A DNA stretch of 40,403 bases from Eubacteriales bacterium (lineage in GTDB: Bacteria > Bacillota > Clostridia > Oscillospirales > CAG-272). The stretch's first letter is position 1. Each line of letters starts with the position of its first letter. Made by a program: the position numbers and the translations under genes. The notes under the pieces are model-generated. The model was not told the DNA's origin and did not search any database. It was given only the letters and a program-made list of their open reading frames with translations. The DNA is taken from NCBI GenBank assembly GCA_051867855.1, contig JBJDZF010000378.1:1-40403 (forward strand), in the 5' to 3' direction. Positions 40,105-40,403 of the stretch are shown piece after piece.

Positions 40105-40331
40105 CAGTACGACACCCCGTTTCCGTCCTCGGCTGTCTCGTCATCCTTGACGCCCCACTTTTTCGGCGCCCCTGATGCGTCCACCTCCGATACATACAGT
40201 ACCTTACCAACCTCCGCACCCGTGATCCCGAGCGAAATGTCACCAGATGCAATCGGCTCCGGAATTTCAAATTCCGCCGGAATCACTTCCCCGCTTGACA
40301 GCTTGATATTCATTCTGTATCTGATCGCCAA
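40104..40331 (-). CDS. Small structural-module protein (75 aa from TTG 40331)
   Basis: AAGGGGGA SD 6 nt before TTG 40331. The track start 40382 is also TTG but lacks an SD; ATG 40313 is another option. Confidence 0.45.
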   Translation of the reverse strand: MAIRYRMNIKLSSGEVIPAEFEIPEPIASGDISLGITGAEVGKVLYVSEVDASGAPKKWGVKDDETAEDGNGVSY

Positions 40332-40403
40332 TGTGATTCCCCCTTTTTCATGTAATCGGATTTTCTTCCATATACGCGTCAACCGCTGCGGAAAAGTCCA
40401 TCT

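Larger units (their letters stand above)
1..40403. mobile_element. Tailed dsDNA phage genome (candidate phage-plasmid), near-complete or complete
   Basis: Contiguous terS-terL-portal-scaffold-capsid-connector-fibre module, holin plus GH25 lysin, SSB, CI/Cro-like HTH genes and a Rep_3/iteron replicon. Firmicutes-type SD sites and frequent ATGA overlaps. No integrase- or recombinase-like ORF seen in any frame. Confidence 0.8.

Noticed and set aside
40348-40401. Short frame MDFSAAVDAYMEENPIT ending at 40348, as the C-terminus of an upstream gene.
   Set aside because: It cannot be distinguished from chance with 54 nt. It is out of frame with the circular continuation of the fibre gene and is left unannotated.
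1-40403. Search for integrase or recombinase, att-like direct repeats at the window ends, tRNA genes and a diversity-generating retroelement.
   Set aside because: No ORF shows recombinase or reverse-transcriptase motifs. No terminal direct repeat or cloverleaf-like segment was noticed by eye. Absence by inspection is not proof.

Overview
The window reads as a near-complete, possibly complete and circularly permuted, ~40.4 kb tailed dsDNA phage genome from a Firmicutes/Clostridia-type host. Supporting signs are strong GGAGG-type SD sites, sigma-A consensus promoters and many ATGA stop/start overlaps. All calls come from reading the sequence and the ORF track; no homology search was run, so family names are motif-level recognitions.

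Layout:
- Long minus-strand late operon: terS (9621) -> terL -> portal -> scaffold -> capsid -> connector -> fibre genes (to position 1). It apparently continues from 40403 downward through more fibre-like genes, a four-gene lysis cassette (GH25 lysin with an SLH-like domain), two large virion-type proteins, a 2452-aa giant protein and a sigma-region-4-like regulator (27214).
- Self-contained three-gene operon (25831-27106).
- Plasmid-type theta replicon: Rep_3-like initiator, 7 x 22-bp iterons, an AT-rich stretch and a coupled HTH protein (23642-25740).
- Visibly AT-rich accessory island (about 21.0-23.6 kb) of small secreted or membrane proteins, a CI-like XRE repressor and a 43-aa peptide, each with its own promoter.
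- Minus-strand early operon of about 25 small genes (20956 -> 12690). It includes Cro-like and Myb-like DNA binders, a PAPS-reductase-family protein, a Gly/Tyr-repeat protein, a DUF3846-like gene broken by an in-frame TAA, an HUH rolling-circle Rep-like protein and SSB.
- Short plus-strand early operon (10277-12672).

No integrase, recombinase, partition gene, tRNA or CRISPR array was seen.

Most interesting points:
- Two unrelated replication initiators in an integrase-less temperate-looking phage, giving a phage-plasmid hypothesis.
- Seven perfect TTGACA-N17-TGnTATAAT promoters, several paired face-to-face or back-to-back with orientation-specific terminators.
- One such pair lies between the early operon and terS. 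It looks like either an antisense RNA or a lambda PR'/tR'-type late antitermination switch.
- Ten-bp phased repeats upstream of terS.
- The AT-rich island of independently promoted membrane proteins.
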